A DNA stretch of 32,000 nucleotides, from positions 240,001 through 272,000 of the forward strand of contig CP145869.1 in the NCBI GenBank assembly GCA_041941765.1, read 5' to 3'. The translations under genes were made by a program, and so were the position numbers. The notes below the pieces were generated by a model. It was not told the DNA's origin and searched no databases. It worked only from the letters and a program-made list of their open reading frames with translations. Origin of the DNA: Candidatus Saccharimonadota bacterium. GTDB taxonomy: Bacteria > Pseudomonadota > Gammaproteobacteria > Enterobacterales > Enterobacteriaceae. Positions 1 to 8,467 of the stretch are shown piece by piece. How positions within the stretch are numbered: position 1 is the first letter of the stretch; every line of letters starts with the position of its first letter.

Positions 1-1719
1 TTATATCATGCATGGTATGAAATTAAAAACTCTCATCATTATACTATTCTTAATAAAGCACAACAAAAAACTATTGATAATACATTGCGGGATTATATAT
101 TATCTGGAATACAATTATCGAAACAAAATAAATTTCGTTATGGTGAAATAGTAGTACGTTTATCAGAGTTAAGTTTAAAGTATAGTAATAATGTTTTAGA
201 TGCAACTAAGAATTGGAAGAAACTTATTACTAATAAAAATGAACTTTCTGGAATACCAGAAAAAATTTTGTATTTAGCTCAAAATAAAGCAGAAGAACAA
301 CATTTAAAAGGTTGGTTACTAACTCTTGATACTCCTACTTATAGTTCTATAATTACTTACTGCGATAATCAATCTATTCGTAAGGAAATTTATTATGCGT
401 ATAATACACGAGCTTCTGATATTGGACCTAATTTCAATATAAAATGGGATAATACTGCAATTATTGAGGAACAGTTAAATCTTCGACATGAATTAGCACA
501 ATTGTTAGGTTTTAATTCATATGCTGATTTATCTTTAGTCACGAAAATGGCCGAAAATCCTACTAAAGTAATATCATTCTTAAACCAATTAGTAAAGAAA
601 GTTAGACCACAAGCTGAAAAAGAACTAATACAATTAAAACAATTTGTTAAAACTCACTATCATATTGACAAAGTACATATATGGGATATTGCTTATTATA
701 GTGAAAAACAAAAAAAATATCTGTATGATATTAATGATGAAGATTTTCGTTCTTATTTTCCAATAGAAAATGTCTTAAAAGGCATGTTTTCTATAGTAAA
801 AAGAATTTATGGCATTAAAATTCAACCACTTCAGAATGTAGATATTTGGCACCCAGATGTTATGGTTTTTGATGTTTTCAATGATGAAAATAATCAATTG
901 TATGGAAGTTTATATTTGGATTTATATAATCGTGAAAATAAAACCAGTGGCGCATGGATGGATGTATGTACAGATAAGATACGTAAATCTAATAATATCC
1001 TAACAAATCCTATAGCTTTTTTAACAACGAATTTTAGAAACGCAACAAATGATAAAAGTTCTGCATGTTTATCTCATAATGAAGTCATTACATTATTTCA
1101 TGAATTTGGTCATGCTTTACATCACATACTAACTAAAATAGAAGTTTTGGGAGTTTCGGGTATTAATGGTGTACCATGGGATGCAGTTGAGTTTCATAGT
1201 CAATTTATGGAAAATTGGTGTTGGGAAAGTGAATCATTATTTTTAATTTCGGGTAATACTCTTCCAAACAAACTATTAGAAAAATTATTAATATCAAAAA
1301 ATTACCAAATTGCATTATTTATTCTTCGTCAATTAGAATTAAGTTTATTTGATCTGTATTTACATTCTGAATTTTATTCAAAAGAAAATGCATCAAAAAA
1401 AATCTTAACTATACGTCAACAAATACAAGAAATTGCTGTAATACCAATCCCTGAATGGAATCGTTTTTCACATTCATTTAGTCATATTTTTTCTAATGGA
1501 TATGCAGCAGGATATTATAGCTATTTATGGGCGAATGTACTGGCAGCAGATGCATATTCTCTATTTTTAGAAAAAGGAATTTTTAATTATGAATTAGGAA
1601 AATCTTTTTTAGAAAATATTATTTCACAGGGAGGTTCTGAAGATCCTTTAATATTGTTTAAACGTTTTAGAGGACGTGAACCTCTAATTGATTCAATGTT
1701 AAAATCTTATAAAATTTAA
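1..1719 (+). CDS. prlC: Oligopeptidase A (M3 family zinc metallopeptidase), 5' end truncated by the window edge
   Basis: Frame 1 is open from base 1. The ORF-track start at 85 is a TTG inside the gene; the upstream translation LYHAWYEIKNSHHYTILNKAQQKTIDNTLRDY continues the family alignment. Zinc motif HEFGH is present (VITLFHEFGHALHH), as are the M3 hallmarks SQFMENWCWE and GYAAGYYSYLWA. Collinear with E. coli PrlC as I recall it. Confidence 0.95.
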   Translation, partial: LYHAWYEIKNSHHYTILNKAQQKTIDNTLRDYILSGIQLSKQNKFRYGEIVVRLSELSLKYSNNVLDATKNWKKLITNKNELSGIPEKILYLAQNKAEEQHLKGWLLTLDTPTYSSIITYCDNQSIRKEIYYAYNTRASDIGPNFNIKWDNTAIIEEQLNLRHELAQLLGFNSYADLSLVTKMAENPTKVISFLNQLVKKVRPQAEKELIQLKQFVKTHYHIDKVHIWDIAYYSEKQKKYLYDINDEDFRSYFPIENVLKGMFSIVKRIYGIKIQPLQNVDIWHPDVMVFDVFNDENNQLYGSLYLDLYNRENKTSGAWMDVCTDKIRKSNNILTNPIAFLTTNFRNATNDKSSACLSHNEVITLFHEFGHALHHILTKIEVLGVSGINGVPWDAVEFHSQFMENWCWESESLFLISGNTLPNKLLEKLLISKNYQIALFILRQLELSLFDLYLHSEFYSKENASKKILTIRQQIQEIAVIPIPEWNRFSHSFSHIFSNGYAAGYYSYLWANVLAADAYSLFLEKGIFNYELGKSFLENIISQGGSEDPLILFKRFRGREPLIDSMLKSYKI

Positions 1720-1827
1720 ACTGTGAATTATAATTGAAAAGATTTTGATAAGATTAATAACTAAATTATCTGGATGTTTACGTATGTTAAATAATTAACA
1801 TTAATATAAATTTATCCGTAAATAAAA

Positions 1828-2109
1828 ATGTTATTTTTTAGTACAAATAAAATACAACAATTAATTATTGATTCAAAAATAATATTAAATGCATTGGGTA
1901 TGCGTTGTCCTGACACCGTGATGATGCTGCGTAAAAATATTCGTACCATTCAAACTGGTGAAAATTTATTACTAATTACTGATGACACTACAACTATTAG
2001 AGAGATTCCTATGTTTTGTGAATTTTTGAATCATAGTTTAATTAATAAATATATTAAAGATATTCCATATTATTTTTTGATTAAAAAAGGGAATATTAAT
2101 ATTCTATAA
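1828..2109 (+). CDS. tusA: Sulfur carrier protein TusA (SirA/YhhP family)
   Basis: 93 aa. The conserved active-site context LGMRCPDTVMMLRK matches E. coli LGLRCPEPVMMVRK. The C-terminal PYYFLIKKG resembles PYRYLIRKG. Confidence 0.9.
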   Translation: MLFFSTNKIQQLIIDSKIILNALGMRCPDTVMMLRKNIRTIQTGENLLLITDDTTTIREIPMFCEFLNHSLINKYIKDIPYYFLIKKGNINIL

Positions 2110-2267
2110 TGTATGTTATGTATAAATTATTAATGATAAATTTGATTATCAATTAAACTAATAGTATATAATAAATAATCAATAAAAACCTTTTTATTAT
2201 AAACACTTAATCTTATTATAACGAGTGTATTTTTAATAAATATTATAGAGAAGAAGATATAGATCGT

Positions 2268-2579
2268 ATGAGATTTGATCCAGTCCTGTATCGTGTACAG
2301 TTTATGAATAATGGTAAAACTTATCAATTATATGTTCGCGAACTTTCTAATAGCAGTTTATTTGGTTTTATAGAAATTGGTGATTTTGTTTTTACTACAT
2401 CATCAGCTCTTTTAATAGATCCAGGAGTAGAAAAACTAAAAAAGGAATTTATCAATGTCACAAGAAGTTATATTCCGGTACAAACTATTATTAGAATAGA
2501 TCTTGTTAAAGATAAGACTCAACCTATAAAGAATAATGTAACTTTTTTTCCTTTTTCTCCTCCTATAAACAAATCGTAA
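2268..2579 (+). CDS. Conserved small protein of unknown function, DUF1820-like
   Basis: 103 aa ORF with non-degenerate composition. The pattern LYRVQF..G..YQLYVRE...S.LFGFIEIGDFVF......LIDPGVEKLKKEF..V.RSYIPVQTIIRIDLV plus a C-terminal FFPFSPP matches my memory of the gammaproteobacterial DUF1820 (PF08850) consensus. Not verified by a search. Confidence 0.65.
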   Translation: MRFDPVLYRVQFMNNGKTYQLYVRELSNSSLFGFIEIGDFVFTTSSALLIDPGVEKLKKEFINVTRSYIPVQTIIRIDLVKDKTQPIKNNVTFFPFSPPINKS

Positions 2580-2611
2580 TAATTTTTACTTAATCTAATA
2601 AATAAATAAAA

Positions 2612-3202
2612 TTAATAATAGCGTGTATATAAACTGTAATAAGCTTTACCAGCTATTCCCCCTCTATAAAAATGCCAATTTAAAGGAATTTGAAAAAGTT
2701 CCTTTTGTTTTATATGTGTTTCGATATAAATCCATGATTTGTCCATGAGCCAATTATTTACTTCTAATAAATAAATTGTAGTATTAATTAATGAACTATT
2801 GATAAAAGGAGGATCTATAAATATTAAATTAAATTTTTTTTGATTATTATAAGTTGATAACCATTTTAAAGTGTCAGTATGAATTACATGTGTATTATTT
2901 GTGACTCCTAATCTTATAAGATTTTTTTTAATTTGAGTAACTAAAGTACTTTTTAACTCTAATAAAGTGGCGCTAGCCGCTTCATGTGATAAAGCCTCTA
3001 TAGATAAAGCTCCAGTACCAGCATAACAATCTAAACAATGAGCCGTTTTTATATTAAATGCAAATGTTAACCAATTAAAAAGTGTTTCTCGTATTCTATT
3101 AGAAGTAGGACGTAACATTGTAGCCGCTACTTTAGTAAAGATGATTTGGCGACTACGTAAATTTCCTCCAATAATTCTCATCTTTCTGATAGTTTTAATC
3201 AT
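2612..3202 (-). CDS. rsmD: 16S rRNA (guanine966-N2)-methyltransferase RsmD
   Basis: 196 aa. Contains RIIGGNLRSR, LRPTSNRIRETLFNWL, LDCYAGTGALSIEALS (SAM-binding) and the catalytic DPPF motif. Divergent from ftsY, as in E. coli (yhhF-ftsY). Confidence 0.9.
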   Translation of the reverse strand: MIKTIRKMRIIGGNLRSRQIIFTKVAATMLRPTSNRIRETLFNWLTFAFNIKTAHCLDCYAGTGALSIEALSHEAASATLLELKSTLVTQIKKNLIRLGVTNNTHVIHTDTLKWLSTYNNQKKFNLIFIDPPFINSSLINTTIYLLEVNNWLMDKSWIYIETHIKQKELFQIPLNWHFYRGGIAGKAYYSLYTRYY

Positions 3203-3268
3203 TTCGCACTTTTTTAGTTAACTAAACAAATTATAGTTATACTGATAAAATCAATATATTTTTTATAT

Positions 3269-4312
3269 ATGGTATTAAATATGGTAATAAAAAATAATTC
3301 TTTTGTTAGTTGGTTGATTTCTAATAAGACCAAAAAACACCATGATGACTCTAAATCTGAAAATGTTTCTACTGATTCAAATTTGAGTATAGATTCGGAA
3401 AATTTTTTAATTAAACTTAAACATAAATTACAAAAAACTAGTCAACAGATAGGAATCCATTTAATTAATTTGATTAGAGCATCGAATAAAATTGATAAAG
3501 CTATATTAAATGAAATAGAAGATCATTTATTAATGGCAGATGTTGGAATTAATCTAGTTAATGATTTTATTAAAGATATTAAACATCATCTTAATTATAG
3601 CCAATCCTCAAATGATATTGAAATAATTCATCGTATTTTAAAAGAAAAAATGATTCAAATTTTACAAAAAGTAGAAAAACCGTTAAAACTAGAAAGTCAC
3701 CAACCATTTATTATATTAATAATAGGAGTAAATGGAACAGGTAAAACTACTACTATAGCTAAGATGGCACATTTATTACAATATCAAAAGAAAAAATCTG
3801 TAATGTTAGCAGCTGCTGATACTTTTAGAGTAGGTGCGATTGAACAACTTAAACTATGGGGACAAATGAATCAGATTCCAGTTATTTCTAAACATAGAGG
3901 GGCTGATTCAGCATCAGTTATTTTTGATGCAATTAAATCTGCTCAAGCCAAACATATAGATGTTTTAATTGCTGATACAGCAGGAAGATTACAAAATAAA
4001 GTTTTTCTTATGGAAGAATTAAAAAAAATTATTCGTATAATAAAAAAAATAGATAAAACAGCTCCTCATGAAGTAATGTTAATTCTTGATGCTACTATTG
4101 GACAAAATTCTATTAATCAAGTTAAGTTTTTTCATGAAGCTGCTCACGTAACAGGTCTCACTTTAACTAAATTAGATGGAACCGCTAAAGGTGGAATTCT
4201 TTTAAATATAGCTAATACATTTGAAATTCCAATTCGGTATATTGGAATTGGTGAACATTTGGAAGATTTTCAATGTTTCAATTCAAATAATTTTATTAAA
4301 GCTATTTTTTAG
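3269..4312 (+). CDS. ftsY: Signal recognition particle receptor FtsY with a shortened acidic A domain
   Basis: SRP-GTPase motifs GVNGTGKTTT, DTAGR and TKLDGTAKGG are present. The N-terminal membrane-targeting SFVSWL resembles E. coli FFSWL. Length is 347 aa versus about 497 aa in E. coli. The start could also be ATG 3281. Confidence 0.95.
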   Translation: MVLNMVIKNNSFVSWLISNKTKKHHDDSKSENVSTDSNLSIDSENFLIKLKHKLQKTSQQIGIHLINLIRASNKIDKAILNEIEDHLLMADVGINLVNDFIKDIKHHLNYSQSSNDIEIIHRILKEKMIQILQKVEKPLKLESHQPFIILIIGVNGTGKTTTIAKMAHLLQYQKKKSVMLAAADTFRVGAIEQLKLWGQMNQIPVISKHRGADSASVIFDAIKSAQAKHIDVLIADTAGRLQNKVFLMEELKKIIRIIKKIDKTAPHEVMLILDATIGQNSINQVKFFHEAAHVTGLTLTKLDGTAKGGILLNIANTFEIPIRYIGIGEHLEDFQCFNSNNFIKAIF

Positions 4313-4333
4313 AATAAAGGCAATGTAATAATC

Positions 4334-4355
4334 TGTAAATTTAATTTACATTTTT
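4334..4355 (+). terminator. Candidate intrinsic terminator after ftsY
   Basis: 7-bp stem tgtaaat (4334-4340) / atttaca (4344-4350), loop tta, followed by T5 (4351-4355), 22 nt after the ftsY stop. The stem is almost pure A/T and therefore weak. Confidence 0.35.
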
Positions 4356-4457
4356 AATCAAATCTATTTTAATAATGAATATTAAATTAGCAACAACTGA
4401 AGTATGAACAAAAAAGTGATAAAAGTTATTGTTTATAGGATATTATAATATCCTAAT

Positions 4458-5333
4458 ATGGGAGATATTATTATCAAACGAATGAATAATTTAGTAGCAA
4501 TTACCCCAATAGAAAGTTTAGCTTACTATTATCTTCGGGTAGCTTATTCTTGTGCGATATTATCAGCACAAGAAGAAAGAAAATTAGCTAAAAGATTATA
4601 TTACTTAGGTGATCAAGATGCTGCTAAAACTTTAATTTTATCTCACTTAAGGTTTGTAATATATATAGCACGGAATTATTCTGGTTATGGGTTATCCCAA
4701 TCTGATTTAATCCAAGAAGGTAATATTGGATTAATGAAAGCCATTAAACGTTTTAATCCAGAAATAGGAGTACGTTTAATTTCTTTTGCAGTACATTGGA
4801 TTAAAGCAGAAATTCATGAATATGTATTACGTAATTGGCGCATTGTAAAAATAGCAACTACTAAATCACAAAGAAAATTATTTTTTAATTTACGTAAAAC
4901 TAAACAACGATTAGGTTGGTTTAACCTAAAAGAAATGGATCTAGTTGCACAACAATTAGGTGTATCTAATAAAGATGTACGTGAGATGGAATCACGTATG
5001 GCTGCTAAAGATATGACCTTAGACGTTAATCCCAATGAGATCACTGGAGATAATAAAAAAGTCTCTCCTCCCATTTTATATTTACAAGATAAAACTTCAA
5101 ATTTTGCGGAAAATATTGTAGAAGAGAATTGGGAAAATAATGCGACTATTAAATTAAAAGATGCAATAAATGTTTTAGATAAACGTAGTCAAAATATTAT
5201 TCGTTCACGTTGGCTAGATGAAAATCATAAAAAAACCTTACAAGATTTAGCTGACGAATATGGAGTATCAGCAGAAAGAGTACGACAATTAGAAAAAAAT
5301 GCCATAAAAAAATTAAAAAAGGCAATGGAATAA
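4458..5333 (+). CDS. rpoH: RNA polymerase heat-shock sigma factor sigma-32
   Basis: Region 2 [18 protein letters not shown], the RpoH box [17 protein letters not shown] and the C-terminal [22 protein letters not shown] are present. Near-collinear with E. coli RpoH. The alternative start ATG 4482 (MNNLVAI) fits the E. coli length better. Confidence 0.95.
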   Translation: MGDIIIKRMNNLVAITPIESLAYYYLRVAYSCAILSAQEERKLAKRLYYLGDQDAAKTLILSHLRFVIYIARNYSGYGLSQSDLIQEGNIGLMKAIKRFNPEIGVRLISFAVHWIKAEIHEYVLRNWRIVKIATTKSQRKLFFNLRKTKQRLGWFNLKEMDLVAQQLGVSNKDVREMESRMAAKDMTLDVNPNEITGDNKKVSPPILYLQDKTSNFAENIVEENWENNATIKLKDAINVLDKRSQNIIRSRWLDENHKKTLQDLADEYGVSAERVRQLEKNAIKKLKKAME

Positions 5334-5378
5334 ATAATAAAAATAACTCTATGTAATTAGAATAAAAGGATATTTTTT

Positions 5379-6314
5379 ATGAAAGTTTCAATTATAGGTG
5401 CAGCTGGAAATATTGGACAAATACTTTCACTAATTCTTAAAATAAAATTACCTTCAGGTTCTGAACTAAATTTATATGATATTTCACCAGTTATATTTGG
5501 TATAGCATTAGATTTAAGTCATATTCCAAATGCAGTAAAAGTGAAAGGATTAAAACAAATCGAATCAGCTTTGGAAGCGGATTTAGTGATTATAACTGCA
5601 GGTGTAGCACGAAAACCAGGAATGACTCGTTCAGATTTATTTCATGCAAATGCAAGTATAGTGTATACATTGAGCAAAAAAATTGCATTAATTTCTCCAC
5701 AACCATTAATTATGGTTATTACTAATCCATTAAATATAATGGTTCCTATTGTAGCAGAAGTTTTAAAAAATTTTGGATCTTCCTATAATTCCAAAAAATT
5801 ATTCGGCATTACAACATTAGATGTTATTCGTGCTAATACTTTTATAACTGAACTTAAAGGACAATTATTATCTAATGATGTTACAGTAATTGGTGGACAT
5901 TCCAGTAAGACTATTTTACCTTTATTATCACATTTATCAAATATTATTTTAACTAAAGATGAAGTAATAAATATTACTCAACGTATTAGAAATGCTGGTA
6001 CAGAAGTAGTAGATGCTAAAATAGGTTATGGATCGGCTTCATTAGCCATGGGATACGCAGCTTCACGTTTTGTATTTTCCTTATTAAAAGCATTAAACGA
6101 AGTAAATAATATTAGAGAATGTGCTTATATTGAAGGAGATGGAAAATATGTTAAATTTTTTGCTCAACCTTTTATGTTAGGAAATAAAGGAATTACTGAA
6201 TTTTTACCAATTGAACCATTAAGTGTTTTTGAAAAACAGGCACTATATAATTTGATAAAAATTCTTAAAGAAGAAATTAAAATTGGTGAAGAGTTTGTAA
6301 ATAATCATATTTAG
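5379..6314 (+). CDS. mdh: Malate dehydrogenase (NAD-dependent)
   Basis: Contains MKVSIIGAAGNIGQ (Rossmann fold), substrate arginines in ARKPGMTRSDLF, TTLDVIRANTF and the catalytic His in IGGHS. SD aagga lies upstream of the ATG. Confidence 0.95.
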   Translation: MKVSIIGAAGNIGQILSLILKIKLPSGSELNLYDISPVIFGIALDLSHIPNAVKVKGLKQIESALEADLVIITAGVARKPGMTRSDLFHANASIVYTLSKKIALISPQPLIMVITNPLNIMVPIVAEVLKNFGSSYNSKKLFGITTLDVIRANTFITELKGQLLSNDVTVIGGHSSKTILPLLSHLSNIILTKDEVINITQRIRNAGTEVVDAKIGYGSASLAMGYAASRFVFSLLKALNEVNNIRECAYIEGDGKYVKFFAQPFMLGNKGITEFLPIEPLSVFEKQALYNLIKILKEEIKIGEEFVNNHI

Positions 6315-6323
6315 GATTGATTA

Positions 6324-6758
6324 ATGAAAATGAAAACTTTTATTGCAAAACCAAATAATGTAACACATAATTGGTATTTGGTTGATGCAACTAGAAAAAA
6401 ATTAGGACGTTTAGCAAGTTTTTTAGCCATGCGATTACGTGGTAAGCATTATGTAGAATATACTCCTCATTTAGATATGGGTGATTATATAATTGTTATT
6501 AATGCTGAAAAAATTATTATTACAGGTAATAAATATAAAAATAAATTTTATTTTCATCATACTGGATATATTGGTCATCTTAAAAAAATTGCTTTTAAAG
6601 ATCTTATGAAAGTGAATCCTTCAAAAATAATTGAAAAAGCGGTTAAAGGGATGTTACCCAAAGGGCCACTTGGACGTTTAATTTTTCGTAAATTAAAAGT
6701 TTACTCTGGAAACCAATATTTTCATCTGGCCCAAAAACCAATAATTTTAGATATTTAA
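6324..6758 (+). CDS. rplM: 50S ribosomal protein L13
   Basis: [29 protein letters not shown] matches the E. coli L13 N-terminus. SD agga (6313-6316) overlaps the mdh stop codon. ATG 6330 is an alternative start. Confidence 0.95.
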   Translation: MKMKTFIAKPNNVTHNWYLVDATRKKLGRLASFLAMRLRGKHYVEYTPHLDMGDYIIVINAEKIIITGNKYKNKFYFHHTGYIGHLKKIAFKDLMKVNPSKIIEKAVKGMLPKGPLGRLIFRKLKVYSGNQYFHLAQKPIILDI

Positions 6759-6784
6759 TGATTTTTTATTAAGTAGGATTATTC

Positions 6785-7180
6785 ATGGTAGAACATCAAT
6801 GGTATTATGGTACTGGTCGTCGTAAATCTTCTTCCGCACGAGTTTTTATAACAACTGGCAATGGTAAAATTGTTATTAATACACGTTCTTTAGATCAATA
6901 TTTTGCTCGTGAAACTGCTCGTATGATTATACTTCAACCTTTAGAATTAGTTGATATGGTGAATAAACTTAATTGTTTTATCACTGTGAAAGGAGGAGGA
7001 ATTTCAGGTCAAGCCGGAGCAATTAGGCATGGTATCACTCGTGCTCTAATAGCATATGATGAGTCCTTACGTCCTAGTTTACGTCAAGCTGGATTTGTCA
7101 CACGTGATTCTCGTAAAGTTGAAAGAAAAAAATTTGGATTTCGTAAAGCACGTCGTAGTCCACAATTTTCAAAACGTTAA
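6785..7180 (+). CDS. rpsI: 30S ribosomal protein S9
   Basis: [35 protein letters not shown] and the C-terminal [12 protein letters not shown] are near-identical to E. coli S9. Confidence 0.97.
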   Translation: MVEHQWYYGTGRRKSSSARVFITTGNGKIVINTRSLDQYFARETARMIILQPLELVDMVNKLNCFITVKGGGISGQAGAIRHGITRALIAYDESLRPSLRQAGFVTRDSRKVERKKFGFRKARRSPQFSKR

Positions 7181-7201
7181 TGAATTTTTTTTCAAATTTA
7201 C

Positions 7202-7240
7202 AAAGAAGCATAATTAAACATGTTATGCTTCTTTTATTTT
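7202..7240 (+). terminator. Rho-independent terminator of the (mdh-)rplM-rpsI unit
   Basis: Perfect 12-bp stem aaagaagcataa (7202-7213) / ttatgcttcttt (7223-7234) with a 9-nt loop, followed by a T-rich tail tatttt. It lies 22 nt after the rpsI stop. Confidence 0.7.
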
Positions 7241-7324
7241 TAAGAAAAACTAAATCATAAATGAATATTTATAGTAATTTATTCTTTAGTTAATAAGATT
7301 CAAACCAAACGGTTTTAAATATAT

Positions 7325-7576
7325 ATGGAAACAACTGATATTAAAAAAATATTATTAAAAGAAATATGTTTAAAAGAATTATATGTTGAAGGTCATAACA
7401 AACATTTTAGAATTATCGCAATTAGCGATATATTTAAAAAACTGAATCCAGTTGAAAAACAACAATATATATATTATCCATTAATGAAATATATAACGAA
7501 TAATGATATTCATGCTATTTCTATAAAAACATATACTCCAGAAGAATGGTCTCAGCAAATAAATAAAATATTTTAG
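7325..7576 (+). CDS. ibaG: BolA-family protein IbaG (YrbA)
   Basis: 83 aa. HFRIIAISDIFKKLNPVEKQQYIYYPLMKYITNNDIHAISIKTYTPEEW parallels E. coli IbaG (HFQVIAVGELF...[33 protein letters not shown]). Sits directly upstream of murA, as in E. coli. Confidence 0.85.
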   Translation: METTDIKKILLKEICLKELYVEGHNKHFRIIAISDIFKKLNPVEKQQYIYYPLMKYITNNDIHAISIKTYTPEEWSQQINKIF

Positions 7577-7585
7577 ATTATTTAG

Positions 7586-8438
7586 ATGAATCAATTTTAT
7601 TTATATACATGGTCCTTGTAAATTAAATGGAGAAGTAACGATATCTGGGGCAAAAAATGCTGCTTTACCAATATTCTTTTTTACTTGATTAGCTAATGAA
7701 CCAATTGACTTACAAAATATTCCCAAAATAAAAGATGTTTATTTAACCATAAAATTACTTAATCAATTAGGTGTTAAAACTATACATCAGAACAATATAA
7801 TTTACATTGATTCAAGCACTATAAATACATACTATACATCTAGTGAATTAGTAAAAAGTATGCGAGCATCTGTTTTACTTTTAAGCACTTTAGTAGATCG
7901 ATTAGGACAAGCGAAAATATGTATACCAGGAGGATATCCTATAGGAGATAGACCAATAGATTTACATATTTCAGCTTTAAAGAGATTAGGTGTAAGTTTT
8001 ACTTTAGAATATATAGAAATATATGCTGTTATAAAAGGACAATTAAAAGGTGCTCATATTTTTATGAATAAAAAAAGTGTTGGAGCAACATTAACTGTTA
8101 TGTGTGCAGCTACTTTAGCAATAGGAAATACAATTATTGAAAATGCGGCTCAAGAACCTGAAGTTATAGATACTGCTCAATTTATTAATATATTAGGTGC
8201 AAAAATTTATTGAGCTGTGGTACTAATAAAATTTATATTTTCGGAATAAAACCTCTTAGAGGTGGAAAATATGCTATTATGCCAGATAGGGTAGAAACAG
8301 GTACTTTTCTTATAGCAGCAGCCGTTTCTCAAGGAAGTATAGTTAAATGAATTACTGTAATCTCTTGATCGGGGATATGAAAATATAGAAAATCAATTAA
8401 TACAATTAGGTGCTAATATTCAACAAATAGATGTATAA
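7586..8438 (+). pseudogene. murA: murA (UDP-N-acetylglucosamine 1-carboxyvinyltransferase) pseudogene: frameshifts, an in-frame stop and a roughly 150-codon internal deletion
   Basis: MurA-like peptide segments occur in three frame pieces. Piece 1 is [25 protein letters not shown], followed by the TGA at 7686-7688. The same frame then continues through MRASVLLL...PGGYPIGDRPIDLH...GATLTVMCAATLAIGNTIIENAAQEPEVIDTAQFINILGAKIY to the stop at 8211-8213. Piece 2 is GTNKIYIFGIKPLRGGKYAIMPDRVETGTFLIAAAVSQGSIVK in a shifted frame (8219-8350). Piece 3 is LDRGYENIENQLIQLGANIQQIDV (8364-8438). Total length is 853 bp versus about 1.26 kb for an intact murA. Confidence 0.9.
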
Positions 8439-8467
8439 AAATTTGCGAGAATCAATGAGGTAGTTTT

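Noticed and set aside
1784-1801. Hairpin atgttaa-ataa-ttaacat downstream of prlC, as a possible terminator.
   Set aside because: It is a 7-bp, almost pure A/T stem without a following T-run, so its predicted stability is too low to support a call.
2130-2327. A 65-aa minus-strand ORF in the tusA/DUF1820 spacer.
   Set aside because: It is an Ile/Phe/Tyr/Asn-rich translation of AT-rich DNA, overlaps the start of the conserved + strand gene, and resembles no known family.
4814-5074. An 86-aa ORF antisense to rpoH.
   Set aside because: It lies entirely inside the well-conserved rpoH coding region on the opposite strand. It is a typical antisense shadow ORF.
7686-7688. The in-frame TGA in the longest murA frame could be a recoded Trp codon, as in some tiny symbiont genomes. 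That would make 7590-8213 one continuous ORF.
   Set aside because: TGA clearly acts as a stop elsewhere in this window (the rnc stop at 17960-17962 and the nuoE stop at 27224-27226, both at conserved C-termini), and Trp is encoded by TGG throughout. The aligned E. coli residue is not Trp. The gene also carries further frameshifts and a large deletion.
7860-8213. The 117-aa ORF in the track could be annotated as a stand-alone CDS.
   Set aside because: It is an internal fragment of MurA (roughly residues 90-210). It has no SD or its own N-terminus, and it carries Tyr at the catalytic Cys position. It is part of the pseudogene.
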